Part shown: positions 16,080-16,761 of the stretch, one piece after another
How the letters are laid out: each line of letters begins with the position of its first letter
Numbering within the stretch: position 1 is the first letter of the stretch
From: Promethearchaeota archaeon Loki_b31
Lineage (GTDB): Archaea > Asgardarchaeota > Lokiarchaeia > Sigyniarchaeales > SOKP01
NCBI GenBank assembly: GCA_005222975.1
Contig: NJBI01000064.1
Span: forward strand, 1 to 16,761
Direction of reading: 5' to 3'
Length of the DNA: 16,761 bases
Program-made: the position numbers and the translations under genes
Notes under the pieces: model-generated
Databases searched by the model: none
Told to the model about the DNA's origin: nothing
The model's input: only the letters and a program-made list of their open reading frames with translations

Positions 16080-16761
16080 TTATCTGGATTCGCGAACAAT
16101 TTGGCGTTTTTTGGCAAAAATTAAGCAAATTACGCTAAATCCAATGAATATCAAGAAAGAATTACCAAATGGAATTGCTCCTCTAATAGTTACCGTTACT
16201 GTGTTCGAGAGAGAATTTCCGCTTTCGTCTGTAAAAGTTATTTTATACATATAAACACCAGGAGCAAAGCCATCGGGGATACTATATACGACCGGTGTAT
16301 TATTAGCCCAAGGTGTTGACGATATTACTATACCAGTTCCTATCAATTCGATCGTATAAGTGTCTGGATTTGTATCAGTTGCCGTCCAAGAAATGCTCTG
16401 CCCAGTATATCCCACTTCCACAGTGAAATCACTCGTAGCGTTTGATATTATCGGGGCTTCCATATCAACCCTCTTTCGGACTTGGATGACCGCCAAGCCA
16501 GAATCATTATTTGCTACGTAGGCGTAATCCCCGCTCACATAAATTCCATATGCATATCCAGTCGTGTCTCCGTAAATGGGCGTTCCCGGGTTTGTCGGGT
16601 CGGAAATATCGATGACCGCCAAGCCAGAAGCACCATCCGCCAAGTAGGCGTAATCTCCGCTCACGTAAACGCTATGTGCATTTCCGTTCGTGGCTTCGTA
16701 GACGGGCGTTCCCGGGTTTGTCGGGTCGGAAATGTCGATGACCGCCAAGCCAGAAGCACCA
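16080..16761 (-). CDS. LVIVD-repeat (beta-propeller) cell-surface protein with Ig-like domain and Loki-CTERM-like anchor, 5'-partial
   Basis: 42-aa repeats VSGDYAYxAxxxSGLAVIDISDPTNPGTP. The frame is open past the right edge, so the TTG at 16748 is internal. Ig-like region ISWTATDTNPDTY...GVYMYKITFTDESGN; tail IPFG + TM + KKR. Confidence 0.9.
   Translation of the reverse strand, partial: GASGLAVIDISDPTNPGTPVYEATNGNAHSVYVSGDYAYLADGASGLAVIDISDPTNPGTPIYGDTTGYAYGIYVSGDYAYVANNDSGLAVIQVRKRVDMEAPIISNATSDFTVEVGYTGQSISWTATDTNPDTYTIELIGTGIVISSTPWANNTPVVYSIPDGFAPGVYMYKITFTDESGNSLSNTVTVTIRGAIPFGNSFLIFIGFSVICLIFAKKRQIVRESR
16485..16761 (-). repeat. 126-bp-period intragenic tandem repeat encoding the LVIVD units
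   Basis: 16578-16635 and 16704-16761 are 57/58 identical. GATGACCGCCAAGCCAGAA recurs at 16485, 16611 and 16737. Confidence 0.92.

Noticed and set aside
3033-16254. Remaining 60-83 aa ORFs in the track (for example 3033, 3589, 4053, 4830, 5486, 6572, 9674, 10617, 12748, 13164, 14158, 15205, 15604, 16072)
   Set aside because: All overlap well-supported genes on the opposite strand and show no motifs.
16485-16761. LVIVD repeats as a diversity-generating retroelement TR/VR pair
   Set aside because: Differences are not confined to adenines of one copy, both copies are in-frame coding blades, and no reverse transcriptase is in the window.

Overview
AT-rich archaeal chromosomal window, almost certainly from a Lokiarchaeia-type Asgard archaeon. 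The evidence is a Loki-type profilin, a longin-like domain fusion, a group II chaperonin, a Loki-CTERM-like sorting tail and GGTGA/GAGG ribosome-binding sites. The left half is a tight cluster: two uncharacterised polytopic membrane proteins (one missing from the ORF track), a LolD/FtsE/MacB-type ATPase with a very small FtsX/MacB-type permease that lacks the extracytoplasmic domain, a divergently transcribed profilin, a Zn-dependent deacetylase, and a roughly 12-TM protein ending in a longin-like domain. The middle holds a TPR protein, an HGSNAT/DUF1624-like acyltransferase, a cyclase-family hydrolase and an alpha/beta hydrolase. On the right, three accessory genes are bracketed by an 86-bp direct repeat (81/86 identical, able to form a hairpin) just downstream of the thermosome gene. 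The window ends in a GC-rich LVIVD-repeat surface protein. No rRNA, tRNA, CRISPR array, integrase or transposase was seen. All family calls come from motif recognition by eye, not from database searches.
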